From assembly GCA_951406725.2 (NCBI GenBank), contig OX597832.1, forward strand, positions 71,114,001-71,178,000: a DNA stretch of 64,000 nt, in the 5' to 3' direction. Each line of letters starts with the position of its first letter. Position 1 is the first letter of the stretch. The notes under the pieces were generated by a model. The model made no database searches and was not told the origin of the DNA. It worked only from the letters and a program-made list of their open reading frames with translations. Below, in pieces: positions 1 through 15,399 of this stretch. A program made the translations under genes and the position numbers. Origin of the DNA: Octopus vulgaris (lineage: Eukaryota).

Positions 1-647
1 ACACAACAACGTTTTCTTGACGAGGAACCAACAAACGTGATTACAATAGTCAAACAGTAATAATAATAACAATAAACCTTTTTGATTTATCCCCATTTAT
101 GTGAAACCACTTATTCAAGTTCAAGTCATTGATGCAATTTTATACGAATTGCTAATACACACACACACACACACACACACATAATAAGGGTTAAAAAATG
201 AATATTAATTTGATTAATATGAATTGAAAACCAGTGGTGTAGCATATAAGACATTAGCGGATCTTCCTCTAGCAAAAAGGACGACCACTATTAATGGCTC
301 ATCCCTGTTATATAATACTTTCACTTTAACAGTTTCACACTTGCAAAGAGAAAGTAGGAGAAAGTGTGGCGGTAATGGAAGGAGTGAAGCACTTGAAATG
401 AGAGAGGCAAATCGTAAAATATTGAGTTTTATCGAATTTTTGCTTAATTGGGGGTCAAATTGAAAAAACTTTATATTACATGACCCAATCGTATCTACTT
501 GGAAAAATCATTGGTAAATTCCAATTGAAGAAATTCTATATTGTAGAATTGTATTAAAAACGAACATGAGAACAGGCAGAGAAAATCTGCCTTTTATCAT
601 AAGAGATTCACACATATATATATATATATATATATATACGTATATAC

Positions 648-2260
648 GATGCCATCCACTCGTGACCGAGGAAGACCATTGCCGACCTTCAGGAACATTG
701 TGCGCTCTAGGACTAACTTATATTTTGCATTTGCGGCTCCGTTGGTGGCTAATGAGCCCTGCTCTTGACAAGCATACACGACTGTAAACATTGCAGACCA
801 AGCTTTCCCCCATTCACTATACGAGCCGTGCGCCTTCGAGCAGCTCACTTAAGTTTTCTCTCTCAAAAGTGTCGATCCCCTCCTTAACCTACTTCCTCCA
901 TCTGTGGCCATGATAGGCATTGTTCTCCCAGTCAGTGTCCTGCATATCACAGGTCTTTAATGAGGACTTGACACAGTCCTTAAATCGCAGCCATGGTTTC
1001 TGCCGGAGTCTCCTTCCATTCACAAGTTCTCCATAGAGCATCTGTTTAGGAATCCTTCTATCCTTCATTTTAATAAGGTGTCCAGTCCAACGCAACCGGT
1101 GCTTGTGCACCATCACCTCAATACTCAAGATATCAGCTGTCCTCAGGATCTGTGTGTCTGGAATTTTTGAGGTCCAGCCAACATTGAGAATGTGTCTGAG
1201 ACATATCTGATGAAAACGTTCGAGGACCCTTACCTGACATTTGTACAGAGTCTATGTCTCACATGTGTAGAGAAGCGATGTCAGTACACAAGCACAGTAC
1301 ACAGCAACTTTTGTTCTCCTTGCGATGCCATGTTGGGACCAGACACGAGACTGAAGGGACCGGAAGGAATTAGTTGCTCTCTGCAACCTGAAAGATATTT
1401 CCTCATCCAGGGAGCAAGAACGGCTGAGTGTAGACAAACTTGTCAACTCCCTTCAGAATTGTTCCTTCAACCAAGATAGCTGGTTCTATATATGGATTTC
1501 CTGGTGCAGGCTGGAACATTACAACAGTCTTGTCCAGGCTAATGCTGAGTCCAAATGCCCTGCAAGAAGCAGAAATGCAATTCATGAGTATTTGCATGTC
1601 ATCCACTGTATGAGTGACTAAGTCACAGTCATCTGCATAAAGGAGGTCACAAATAATAGACTGGGGAACCTTTGAATTGGCAGCAAATCAGGGAAGATTA
1701 AAGAGGCGGCCAGAAGATCGATATCTGACATATATTCCCAGAGAGCTAACCTTAGCAAAAGCAGCAGCAAAGTACAAAGAAAAGAGAGTTGGGGCAAGGA
1801 TGTCACCCTGCTTGACACCATTCTCTACAGGAATGTGTCACGCCATGGCACCACCAACATTGACCCAAGTCTCCATCCCATCATGAAATGATTTAATTAT
1901 AGATACAAAGTGATTCGGACATCCAAGTTTGCCAAGTATTTTCCATAGAAAGGCCCCATTTACAATATCAAAGGCCTTAGTTAAATCAATGAATACCTGG
2001 ACAAGATCCATATTCTGCTCATAGCACTTCTCCTGCATCTGTCTTGGTGTGAAAATCATATCCATTGTCCCTCTACCAGATCGGAAGCCACATTGAGATT
2101 CAGATAGGACATCATTTACGAGACACCCATTCAGACGGATAAGAAGAATATTTGCCAGAACCTTGCCAGCAGCTGATAGTACAGCAATACCTCTGTAGTT
2201 ACCACACATTGTTCTGGCTCCTTTTCCATTATATAGGGGAAGAATAATTGCATCCTTCCA
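648..2260 (-). mobile_element. 5'-truncated, degenerate RTE-clade (BovB-like) LINE: RT and C-terminal region
   Basis: Minus-strand fragments in several frames: WKDAIILPLY..CGNYRGIAVLSAAGKVLA..ESQCGFRSGRGTMDMIF..FIDLTKAFD, FGLSISLDKTVVMFQPAPG, LRWTGHLIKMKDRRIPKQMLYGEL..RFKDCVK. The 3' end abuts TA repeats at about 613-647. Confidence 0.9.
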
Positions 2261-2400
2261 GGTTCGGCAAAAGAGACCGATAGAATAAGTACTGGGCTTA
2301 CAAAGAATAAGTCCCGGGGTCGATTTGCTCGACTAAAAGGCGGTGCTCCAGCATGGTTGCAGTCAAATGACTGAAACAAGTAAAAGAGTAAAGAGAGTAA
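2261..2400 (+). mobile_element. 3' half of a tRNA/CORE-like SINE with LINE-type tail
   Basis: Matches the 3' half of longer copies at 38990-39364 and 58430-58855. Ends GCGGTGCTCCAGCATGG..GACTGAAACAAGTAAAAGAG, then (TA)n. Confidence 0.8.
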
Positions 2401-2408
2401 TATATATG

Positions 2409-2439
<31 letters not shown>

Positions 2440-2482
2440 GTATATATATGTGTATATACATATATGTGTATATACATATATA

Positions 2483-5454
2483 TTGTTGCATGCAATCAAG
2501 CCTTATGCATAGCACTCACGGAAACGCACCTGAAACCGGACATAGCAGATGCGGAATTACACATACCACAGTATGTTGTACTACGGACCGACAGAAAAGA
2601 AAGGAGTCATGGAGGAGTTGCTATGTACATCCGTGAGGACCTCACACCCCAGGTCCTTTTGTCATACTCAAACTCGGTGTGTGACACACTAATTGTACAT
2701 ATAAGGCAACTTGATGTAGTTGTGTGTGCTACATATCGCCCTCCAGATGCCCCAAGCCATGTGGGCAAGTTTGAAGACTGCCTTATAAAAATAGAAGAAG
2801 TTCTAATCACATTAGAACAACACAAAAGTGTACTTCTTATGGAAGACTTCAATCTACCCAATGTCAGATGGCCCGAGGGCCTTTCTCTCCCAGGAATGAC
2901 AAGATGTGAACGAGGACATGCGAGGTCCCTCCTGAACCTCATCAACACCCTGTACATGGAGCAAGTAATACTCCAACCAACCAGGGCAGGTAACACACTG
3001 GATCTCTACTTCACAAATGACATGGATCTCATCCATAATGTGAAAGTGACACCGACACTACTCTCGGATCACAACATGGTAGAGCTGACCATGTACGGGC
3101 CAAAAGAGAGCACGGACATGCAGCCTACAAGAAACCCTCACAATCTTTCCAGCTTGAACTACCATAAGGCGAACTGGAAACAAATTGAGAAAGAGATCCT
3201 CAAACAAAACTGGCCTAAATGTCTCTCCTCGCCAGACATCGACGTGAAACTTCAACAATTCATGTCTGTAATGCAAGCCATATGCTACAAATGTGTCCCA
3301 GAGAGAAAGGCCACTGTACACAAGAACAAAATCCCCAGAGAGAGGAAAATTTTAATGAGACGGCGTACAAAAATTTCAAATCGCCTAAACAAACAAATTG
3401 AAAGCAGTGAAAAGTCCCGCCTAAAAATAAAACTGTTGGAAATTGAAAAATGTCAGCAACTCTCCCATGAAAAGGAAAGAGCAGACAAAGAAGCCTGGGC
3501 TATAGACAACGTAAAATCTAACCCCAGAGCTTTCTACAGGTATGCCAAAGAAACAGCTACAGTGCACTGTAGAATAGGGCCACTCCTTGAAAAGGATGGC
3601 ACACTTACAGGAAAACCAATGAGGGTAAGTGAAATACTGAATGAGCAATTCAAGAGTGTTTTCACTCCACCCCTGGGGCATCTCCAAATCACCAATCCAA
3701 CTGACTTCTTTACCACTGCAGATATAAAATCAGAGGCGGCGACGATGGATTACATCGATATAAAGGAAGACGATGTAATAAAGGCTATAGATGAAATGAA
3801 AACAGACTCAGCTACTGGCCCCGATGGATTCCCGGCAATCCTCCTATAAGCATGTAAGAGAGTCCTAGCAAGACCACTGCAGTTCCTCTTTCAGAGCTTC
3901 CTTGCAGCTGGCAAACTTCCAAGAAAACTGAAGGAAGGTAAAATATGCCCCATTCATAAAGGAGGTAGCAGAGCGGAGGCCAAGAACTACAGACCTATCT
4001 CTCTGACCTCACACATCAGCAAGGTCATGGAACGAATAGTCAGAAGGAAGCTGATCACCTTCCTTGAAGAAAATGACTTGCTGCCCGACACCCAACATGG
4101 TTTCCGACCAGGGAGAAGCTGTTTAACTCAGCTCCTACAACACTATGACTGGGTGCTGAAACGGCTGCTCAACCACTCAAATGTGGAAGTGATATATCTC
4201 GACTTTGCAAAGGCCTTTGATAAAGTCGATCATGGAATGATATGTCACAAACTGCGTGATCTCAACATAGTTGGAAAACTGGGAGAATGGCTTCATGACT
4301 TTCTGAAAGATAGAAGTCAGGTGGTAGTAGCCAATGGGGCCACTTCCATTAACACGCAAATAGTGAGCGGTGTTCCGCAGGGCACTGTTCTGGGACCACT
4401 ACTGTTCATAATGGCCCTCTCAGACATGCCCTCAGCCACGCAGAGAGCCACGATCACAAGTTATGGAGATGATACAAAAGTTTCACAGGCAATACAGAAC
4501 CCTGAGGACACTGAACGCCTGCAATGTGAGCTGGACAAAATATACAAGTGGGCTGAAAAGAATAGCATGCAGTTCAATGCTGAAAAGTTTCAAGCTTTAT
4601 ACTATCAGCATGCAAAACTAAATGCAATACCCAATGAATACACTGGACCCGGAGGAATAGCAATCCCAGAGGCACAATCAGTGCGTGACCTGGGTATTTA
4701 CATGAGTGATGACGCAACCTTTCGTGTACATGTTGCTAAATTGGCAATGAAATGTAGACGACTGGCCGGATGGATTCTCAGAACCTTTAGAACAAGAGAA
4801 CAAGAAACCATGATGGTCCTCTGGAGGGCACTTGTCCTAAGCCACTTTGACTATTGCTCTCAGTTATGGTCACCATCCAGTGTCAAGTTGATCACAGAGC
4901 TTGAGGCGATCCAGCGTAGCTACACGAAGAAGATAGCCTCTATGCAGAATGTAAGCTACTGGGAAAGGCTCGAGAGATTAAAACTATATTCCTTGGAGCA
5001 TAGGCGGGAAAGATATGCCATAATATACATCTGGAAGATCCTGGAGGGACGTGTCCCAAACTTTGGCATCGAGAGTTACACAAATGCCAGAACTGGGCGC
5101 CACTGCGTGGTGCCTAGGACTAAAAATTTGCCATCAAGATGTAGGACAAGATACTGTCATAGCCTCGGCTTCCGAGGCCCACAGCTCTTCAATATCTTCC
5201 CGAAGAACCTGAGAGACCTGCATGGGGTGGATAAAGATGTCTTTAAAATGAAACTGGATCTCTTCTTGTCGGGTGTCCCAGATGAACCAACTTCACGGCA
5301 GGAGTTGCAGATGAGGGCAGCTGCATCGAACTCTCTCATGCACCAAATGGCAGTTGCTAAATAGCTTTCGTGAAGTAAAACCATGTGGCAACACCAAATG
5401 GTGGTGCCCCAGCATGGCCACAGCTCATAAGCTGAAACTAGAATCAATCAATCA
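2483..5454 (+). mobile_element. LINE family A copy 1 (CR1/L2-group, APE endonuclease + RT), 5'-truncated
   Basis: ORFs 2464-3849 and 4027-5364 are in the same frame, split by one TAA at 3847-3849 (AAA in copy 3). APE motifs LTETHL, YRPP, LSDH. RT motifs [28 protein letters not shown] (YADD in copies 2 and 3). Tail (AATC)n, TA repeats on both sides. Confidence 0.95.
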
Positions 5455-5802
<348 letters not shown>

Positions 5803-6483
5803 TACAAAATTAGAGAATGGAGAAACATACTTAAATCAGTAAAACATCAACTATCCGATGATATTCAATCCATACTTTAATACACCATTACATATGAGTA
5901 AAGGCAATATATAAAATGAAATGAGATACACAGTAATAGTAAAGTAAAAAGATAAAGAGATATAAGTAAAAAATTTCAAATATAATATGCAAATAAATCA
6001 AAACTGACAGTTGTTTCGGCAGTGAGGACAGTCATACCTCATTTAACCTATAAGCCATAAAGGCAGGTATAAATGAGGCATTAACAAGGATGCCCCACGT
6101 CTTCAGAGAATTAAATTAAATTTGTTATAATAGTGAAAAATATTATATAATCATATACATATAAATATAAAAATATAAAAATGTAAAATATAATGCTACA
6201 CTTATATAATATAATACACTTACATCATAATGCTACACTTATATAATATAATACACATTTGTACAAAAAGGAAGGTAAACAGAACAAAATAAAACAAAAT
6301 ATATAACAGTGTATATATTAATATTAATAAGTACCGATATTATACATATTTATTAATAGTTTTTTTATAAAAAAAAAAAAAAAAAAAAAAAAGGGGCTAA
6401 CACATATGGAGATGAAAAATAATAATTAAATCCGTGGTACAGTTCATAAAATACTAAAGCTATAAAAGTTAATAAAAATTACT

Positions 6484-6541
<58 letters not shown>

Positions 6542-6619
6542 TAATAACAATAAAAATACTAAAAATAGATACAGTTAAGTTAACTTAACTGTATCTATTT
6601 TTAGTATTTTTTATTGTTA

Positions 6620-6666
<47 letters not shown>

Positions 6667-7510
6667 AGTAATTTTTATTAACTTTTATAGCTTTAGAATT
6701 TTATGAACTGTACCACGGATTTAATTATTATTTTTCATCTCCATATGTGTTAGCCCCTTTTTTTTTTTTTTTTTTTTTTTTTTATAAAAAAAACTATTAG
6801 CCAAATATGTATAATATCGGTACTTATTAATATTAATATATACACTGTTATATATTTTGTTTTATTTTGTTCTGTTTACCTTCCTTTTTGTACAAATGTG
6901 TATTATATTATATAAGTGTAGCATTATGATGTATAAGTTTTTATATTTTACATTTTTATATTTTTATATTTATATGTATATGATTATATAATATTTTTCA
7001 CTATTATAACAAATTTAATTTAATTCTCTGAAGAGGCCGTGGGGCATCCTTGTTAATGCCTCATTTATACCTGCCTTTATGGCTTATAGGTTAAATGAGG
7101 TATGACTGTCCTCACTGCCGAAACAGCTGTCAGTTTTGATTTATTTGCATATTATATTTGAAATTTTTTACTTATATCTCTTTATCTTTTTACTTTTACT
7201 ATTACTGTGTATCTCATTTCATTTTATATATTGCCTTTACTCATATGTAATGGTGTATTAAAGTATGGATTGAATATCATCGGATAGTTGATGTTTTACT
7301 GATTTAAGTATGTTTCTCCATTCTCTAATTTTGTAGTATTAATTTACGGTAATATTATTACCTTTACCCATTTAATACAATAGATGAACTGATTGCTTGA
7401 CAATTTTTAACATCTATGTATTCATTTTGTTGGGTACATATCTAGCAGTATATTGGATATATATTATCCCATGGTGGGTTGAATTTTCAACCCTATCTCA
7501 TTTTATAACA
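5803..7510. mobile_element. ~1.5 kb spacerless palindrome, probable Penelope-like inverted pseudo-LTR remnant
   Basis: 5803-6581 is the reverse complement of 6582-7335, with centre ACAGTTAAGTT|AACTTAACTGT. The right arm continues unpaired to about 7510 and contains a hammerhead motif. Confidence 0.75.
7022..7137 (+). ncRNA. Type I hammerhead ribozyme motif with extended stem II
   Basis: CTGAAGA (7028-7034). Long stem II: GGCCGTGGGG/CCTCACTGCC plus inner ATGCCTCATTTA/TAAATGAGGTAT. GAAA (7120-7123), palindromic stem III ACAGCTGT, GUC triplet ending 7131. Stem I is weak. Confidence 0.65.
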
Positions 7511-8290
<780 letters not shown>

Positions 8291-8688
8291 ATCATCATCA
8301 TCATCATCATCATCATTTAGCGTCCGTTTTCCATGCTAGCATGGGTTGGACGGTTCTACTGGGGTCTGTGAAGCCAGAAGGCTTCATCAGGCCCAGTCAA
8401 ATCTGGCAGTGTTTCTACGGCTGGATGCCCTTCCTAACGCCAACCACTCCGTGAGTGTAGTGGGTGCTTTTTACGTGCCACCCGCACTGGTGCCAGACAG
8501 AGCTGGCAAACGGCCACGAACGGATGGTGTTTTTTATGTGCCACCGGCACGAGGGCCAGGCGAGGCTGGCAACGAACACGAAACGGGGCGGTGCTGGCAA
8601 CGGTCGCGAAACGGAAGGTTCTCTTACATGCCACCGGCACTGGTAACACATCTGCAATTTCCATTGATCGATTTCCATTGATCGATTT
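8291..8688 (-). mobile_element. 3'UTR fragment of RTE family B with (ATG)n tail
   Basis: Reverse complement of about 54040-54340, including several ~60-bp units. Duplicated TTTCCATTGATCGA at the 5' junction. Confidence 0.9.
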
Positions 8689-9176
8689 ATATATATATAT
8701 ATATGTATATACATCATCCTGAAGCTGAGACGATAAGACGTGTTTTTACTCCTCTCTGCGCCGGTCAGCAGCAAGCTTCACAGCTACATTCGTCGTAATT
8801 GACCATCACATATATTCCTGTATATTTGAAACCACGCTTTTTCCCAACTCGTGAGTAGACTTTTCCTTAACCACAAACTATTTTCATAAGTTTCAAACGA
8901 CCAAATATTTTCAAACACCTTCTGATAACTAAAGGATCACCCACACATTAAAAATTAGAAAAAGAGGGAAAAGAAAAGAAAGATAAAATAACTACAAGCT
9001 CATAATTCAAATACAAACTTCTCAGTATTACAGCAAACATTCTGTACAATCAATTCTACATACTTCTCCTTAAAAAAAAAAAAAATAAATAAATAAAATA
9101 AAATAAAATAAAATAATTAAAAGTAATAAACAAAACAAACGAACAAAATAAAATTTAATAAAACATATCAACCAGA

Positions 9177-10361
9177 ATGGCTAGCCACCAAAAATCCAAC
9201 AAAAACTGGTCTGATAATGAAGTCGACGTTCTTATCAACACATGGCATGGCCTTACCGAAACAGAGAGCATAGGTGCTTCGTATCTGAACGAAATTGCTA
9301 AACGAGCAGTTCACCATTTGAAAACTCGATCTGAACAGCAGATACAAAATAAATTAAAACAAATCGAAGTTGCCTTTAAATTAATAAATAAACACTTCGA
9401 TAAACTGAGATGTGTTTTCTCTTCGAAAGCATCACCGGCGCAACAACAACAACTTCAGCAGCAACAACCTCAGCGGCAACAACAACAACAACCTCAACAA
9501 CAAACTCAGCGGCAACAACAACAACAGATACACAACAACAACAGGATGAACCACTCCTTGATTCATCTACAATGGCTGATTTTCTAAAGGAAACGATTGA
9601 CCCCCCAGTCATCAGGGTCACACAGCAGGAAGCACCACCCCTTCCTTTCACTGCCCCAGCAGCTCAATCATCATCATTGTCAACACCATCTCCTCTGCTT
9701 ACTACTACTAGTACAACTCCAAAACATCTTTGTCTTGGAATTGACCTCCTCAATCATTACCACTGTCAACATCTCTTCTACCTACTACTACTACTACAAC
9801 TACTACTACTAATGCTATCTCAAGGAATTTACCTCCTACAGGTCACAAAGGTCGCCAAAACTTCAACAAACTATCATCTACACCTTTCACAACTCACACA
9901 CACACACACGCACCTACACATCCACTCGAAACCCCATCATTTGCCGATATTCTCTTCGCCATAGACTGTGCACTGATAGAGACTGCAAATTCACCCATTT
10001 ACCTGGAACAAAACGCTCTATCCCCACAAACTACAACAGCAACCACCATAATACAACACCACCACAACCACCAATATCTCAAACAAGGAATCCCCAAATC
10101 TGCCGCTATTCCCAGCGAGACAGATTGTGTCTGCACAGGGATTGCCCCTTTACCCATCTCCCGGGGACTCGTCGGACATTTAAAGATAACCACTCACATA
10201 AAAATAGCCGCAGCCACAGTCACCTGCGGTTCCCTAGACAGGAAACCACCTCTTCTTCCTCTTTTTTAGCTATGATGAATCTAGCAAAAGAACTGGAAAA
10301 AAACATCCGAGCTATCACCCACCACCATCCTCCACAAATACCCCACTGCACATGCCATTAA
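9177..10361 (+). pseudogene. LINE ORF1 (disrupted): Myb/SANT-like N-terminus, Q/T/S-rich linker, two CCCH zinc fingers
   Basis: N-terminus KNWSDNEVDVLINTW...RSEQQIQNKLKQI. The same frame reopens at 9813-10361 with ICRYSLRHRLCTDRDCKFTHLPGTKR and ICRYSQRDRLCLHRDCPFTHLPGTRR. Frameshifts fall in the low-complexity middle. Confidence 0.7.
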
Positions 10362-13300
10362 AAAGCAATCAAATAAACAAATCACCAAAACAATTAAAAC
10401 CATCCACTCTCGCCTCAACATTTCTGCTTAATGCCCAAGGCATCAGCCCTTCCACCAATACACAAAAATGGAAGATAAGATTCCTGGAGGACTGGGTCGA
10501 GGCCCATCCAAACCACATCCCTTTCTTCGTCCTCACTGAAACCCATCTTAGTGACCTCCACTTGGAAGCCGAGGTGAAAGTTAAAAATTTCAAAACCATT
10601 CGTGCTGATCGTGCTGGCAGAAGAAAGGGTGGGACTGCCATTTATGTCCATGATTCATTCTCAACAGAAGCCATGAACATATTTTCGAATGGATACTGCG
10701 AAGCAGTCGCTGTATTCAGTCAAACCAACAACTTAACAGTAGTTGGGCTCTACAGACCACCCCAAACGCCCCTACCATGCTTCAAGGAATGCCTCAACAG
10801 CATAAAGTGTTTCATTCAGCAGTGTCAACCTGACAACATTTTAATGATGGGAGACTTCAACCTTCCCAGGGTTGACTGGTCTACAAACAGTCTGCCGCCA
10901 GGTTCTTCTCTCTCAACCCCTGACAGGGAGGCAGTGGAATCGCTTCTTGACTTCATGGATGACTTCTTCTTGTCCCAACTGGTACTCGAACCAACGAGAT
11001 GTCACAAAAACGTCTTAGACTTAATTTTCAGCAATCACACTGATACTATCCACAATATTGCAGTGGAGAAAACCCTACTCTCCGACCATGACATGGTTCT
11101 CTGTGATCTGAGATTTCACTGGCCAAAATGCAAAACAAATGTCATCCCTCCTGTTCATCCATTTGACACTATGGATTTCCACAATGCAAACTGGGAAGCG
11201 ATCAATAATGATCTTGCACAAGTCGATTGGTCCTTCACGCACACATACACACCCACTAACATTAAAAAGTCCTGGCAGTCACTTGTAGACATCATCACGA
11301 ACATATGTGCAAGACACACCCCATTAAGATCTGCAAACAAATCTAAGTGTCGAATCCCTAGAAATAGAAAATCTCTCATAAGGAAAATTAAAAGAATCAA
11401 CAAAAAGATCAACATGCTGAAATACTGTCAACAGCAACACACCAACCTGACTGCCATCTCGTCGCTACAGATTAAAAAACATAAACTCCAAAACAACATG
11501 ATGTCTATCATCAATAGTCAGCGAAGAGCTGAAGAGGCCTGGGCCATTGAGAAGATCAAACTCAATCCCAAAGTGTTCTTTTCATTTGCAAAAAAACACA
11601 GAATCACTGGTTCTACTGTTGGCCCTCTCATTGATGAAAATGGTACTCTTCAAGACAATGCCAAAACCATGGGAGAGATATTGCAGAAACAATATTGCTC
11701 TGTTTTCAGCAATCCGGATATGACTGATCTGGGCTGTATCAGTGATGTTACTCCCCAATACACTTTATCGGACATAACATTTGGCGCTCCTGATGTCTTA
11801 GCAGCAATAAAGGAAATGAAGCATAATTCAGCAGTAGGTCCCGATAGGTTCCCTGCTTGTGTCTTGAAGATGTGTCAAAACCAACTTGCACCCCCTCTAA
11901 CCAATCTGTGGCGGAACTCACTGGATGCTGGATATATACCAGAGGACCTTCTATCCCAGTCTGTTGTCCCAGTTTTCAAAAAAGGAAACAAATCGCTTGC
12001 CGTGAATTACCGTCCAATCTCACTCACCTCTCATATCATCAAGGTATTTGAGAGGGTGCTGAGATCGCGTATGACTCACTTCCTTGAGAGGCATAATATG
12101 CTGAACCCCAACCAGCATGGATTCCGTAATGGGAGAGATTGCCTGACGTAGCTACTGCATCATTTTGATGACATTTTGAGAGCCTTGGGAGAAGGTTCCA
12201 ACACTGATGTCATCTACCTTGATTTCAGCAAGGCCTTTGACAGGGTTGATCATAAGATCCTTCTGAGAAAGCTGTCCAATATTGGTGTCACTGGAAAGTT
12301 GCTGCAGTGGATCAAGTGCTTCCTGTCTAACAGAACCCAACATGTTGTAGTCGAAGGAGTCAAATCCAGCCCAGCCAAAGTCAGCAGTGGTGTCCCACAA
12401 GGCACTGTGTTGGGCCCACTTTTCTTCATCATCTACATAAATGATATTACTGATACCATCAAACACAGTAACATCAGAACCTTCGCTGATGACTCCAAGC
12501 TCCAGAAGGTCATCAATGGCGTGGATGACCGAATAAACCTTCAGTCAGACCTACTGGCTGTTGTCCAATGGGCGGAAAAGAATAACATGTTGCTAAATGA
12601 AGACAAATTTGAACTGATCCACTTTGGAAGGGAGGACGCTCTGAAACTCCCATACGCTCTTCCTTCTGGAGAAATTCTCATGGCATCCAACAACATCAGA
12701 GACCTGGGAGTAACAGTGGACAACAACATAAGCTGGGCTACACATATAAGCAGCAAAGTTGACATGGCCCGCAGAATGTGTTCCTGGATTCTCAGAACCT
12801 TCCAGTCGAGAGATTCCCACGCTATTATCCTTCTCTTCTCCACTTTTGCCCGACCCCACCTTGAATACTGCTGTCCACTGTGGTCTCCCTACACAAAACA
12901 AAATATTATGAGAATTGAAGCTCCCCAAAGGTCAATCACAAAAAAGATAGATGGCATGTCAGACCTTGACTACTGGGGTAGACTAGAGAAGCTGAAATTG
13001 TATTCACTCCAACGACGCCGTGAACGCTACATTATCTGTATGATGTGGAAAATATTCCACCAGCACTGTCCGAATGATGTTGGCATCACCTTCAAAATGC
13101 ATCCAAGGCTTGGACCACGTGCCATCCGTCCACAACAAAAATCTAAATCGCATCACATAACGACAATACGGCACAACTATTTCACCTCAATTGGACCTGC
13201 TCTCTTCAACATTACACCAGGAACGTCAAAAAAGAAACTGACCACACAAAATTCAAGAAGTCTTTGGACAAATTCCTTCAAACAGTACCGGACAAACCAC

Positions 13301-13368
13301 CCACACCCGGATATGTCTCCGCAAACAATAACTCTCTGCTCGAATGGGCCTTGGTGCCCAAATCCTGA
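10352..13368 (+). pseudogene. LINE ORF2 (APE endonuclease + reverse transcriptase), one nonsense codon and one late frameshift
   Basis: [32 protein letters not shown] at 12149-12151 where LTQL is expected, then in-frame [25 protein letters not shown]. Frameshift near 13218 to FKKSLDKFLQTVPDKP..NNSLLEW, stop at 13366-13368. Confidence 0.92.
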
Positions 13369-13454
13369 ACTGAAAGACTTCACCAGGTGGTGCTATTAAG
13401 TTAGACATGGCCTGGGCCAATACTGGCCAAAACCTTTCTAAGTTATTCTAAGTT

Positions 13455-13530
13455 AAAACTGTCTGATGAACGGCAACGAGAAACTCAGAGTAACAGATTT
13501 TGTTGAATTTTCTGCTGCTTAAAATAAAGT
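13455..13530 (+). ncRNA. Minimal hammerhead ribozyme motif in a Penelope-like remnant
   Basis: AAAACTGT CTGATGA ACGGCAACGA GAAA CTCAGAG TA ACAGATTTT. Stem I CTGT/ACAG, stem II CG-GCAA-CG, GUA triplet. Near-identical copy at 50073-50150. Confidence 0.6.
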
Positions 13531-13555
13531 ATATATATATATATGTATATATATG

Positions 13556-13638
<83 letters not shown>

Positions 13639-13648
13639 GTGTATATGT

Positions 13649-13908
13649 GTAGAGGCGCAATGGCCTTGTAGAGGCGTAATGGCCTAGTGGTTAGGGCAGC
13701 GGACTCGCGGTCGCAGGATCGCGGTTTTGATTCTCAGACCGGGCGTTGTGTGTGTTTATTGAGCGAAAACACCTAAAAAAAAAAAAAAGCTCTACGAGGC
13801 TCCGCAGGTGGTGGTGATCCCTGCTGTACTCTTTCAACACAATGGCGATGCCCCAGCATGGCCACAGCTCAAGAGCTGAAACTGGAAAAACAAAAGCAAA
13901 AACAAAAC
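13649..13908 (+). mobile_element. tRNA-derived SINE with a family A LINE-like tail
   Basis: A box TGGCCTAGTGG, tRNA-like GGACTCGCGGTC, degenerate B box GGTTTTGATTCTC. Tail ATGGCGATGCCCCAGCATGGCCACAGCTCAAGAGCTGAAACT. The 5' GTAGAGGCGYAATGGCCT is duplicated. TA repeats on both sides. Confidence 0.8.
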
Positions 13909-13909
13909 A

Positions 13910-13940
<31 letters not shown>

Positions 13941-13945
13941 ATATG

Positions 13946-13979
<34 letters not shown>

Positions 13980-14074
13980 ATAGAAATATTAAAATAACTA
14001 AGTCTCTCTAAAAGAGAACAGCGGACAGCTTTTTTCTTATTTTTATAAGAATGCCATATTAGTATGGCGATAAC

Positions 14075-15399
<1,325 letters not shown>

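Larger units (their letters stand above)
8714..13454 (+). mobile_element. Near full-length CR1/L2-group LINE (family D): 5'UTR, ORF1, ORF2, short 3'UTR
   Basis: About 460 bp leader, ORF1 9177-10361, ORF2 from 10352, and a 3' tandem tail TTCTAAGTTATTCTAAGTT. The 5' boundary is approximate. Confidence 0.9.

Noticed and set aside
2607-3716. Antisense ORFs recurring in LINE copies
   Set aside because: They recur because the copies are closely similar, with no independent sign of coding.
13670-13745. tRNA gene
   Set aside because: The tRNA-like head lacks a complete cloverleaf and continues into a SINE body and LINE-type tail. The same holds for the other SINE heads.
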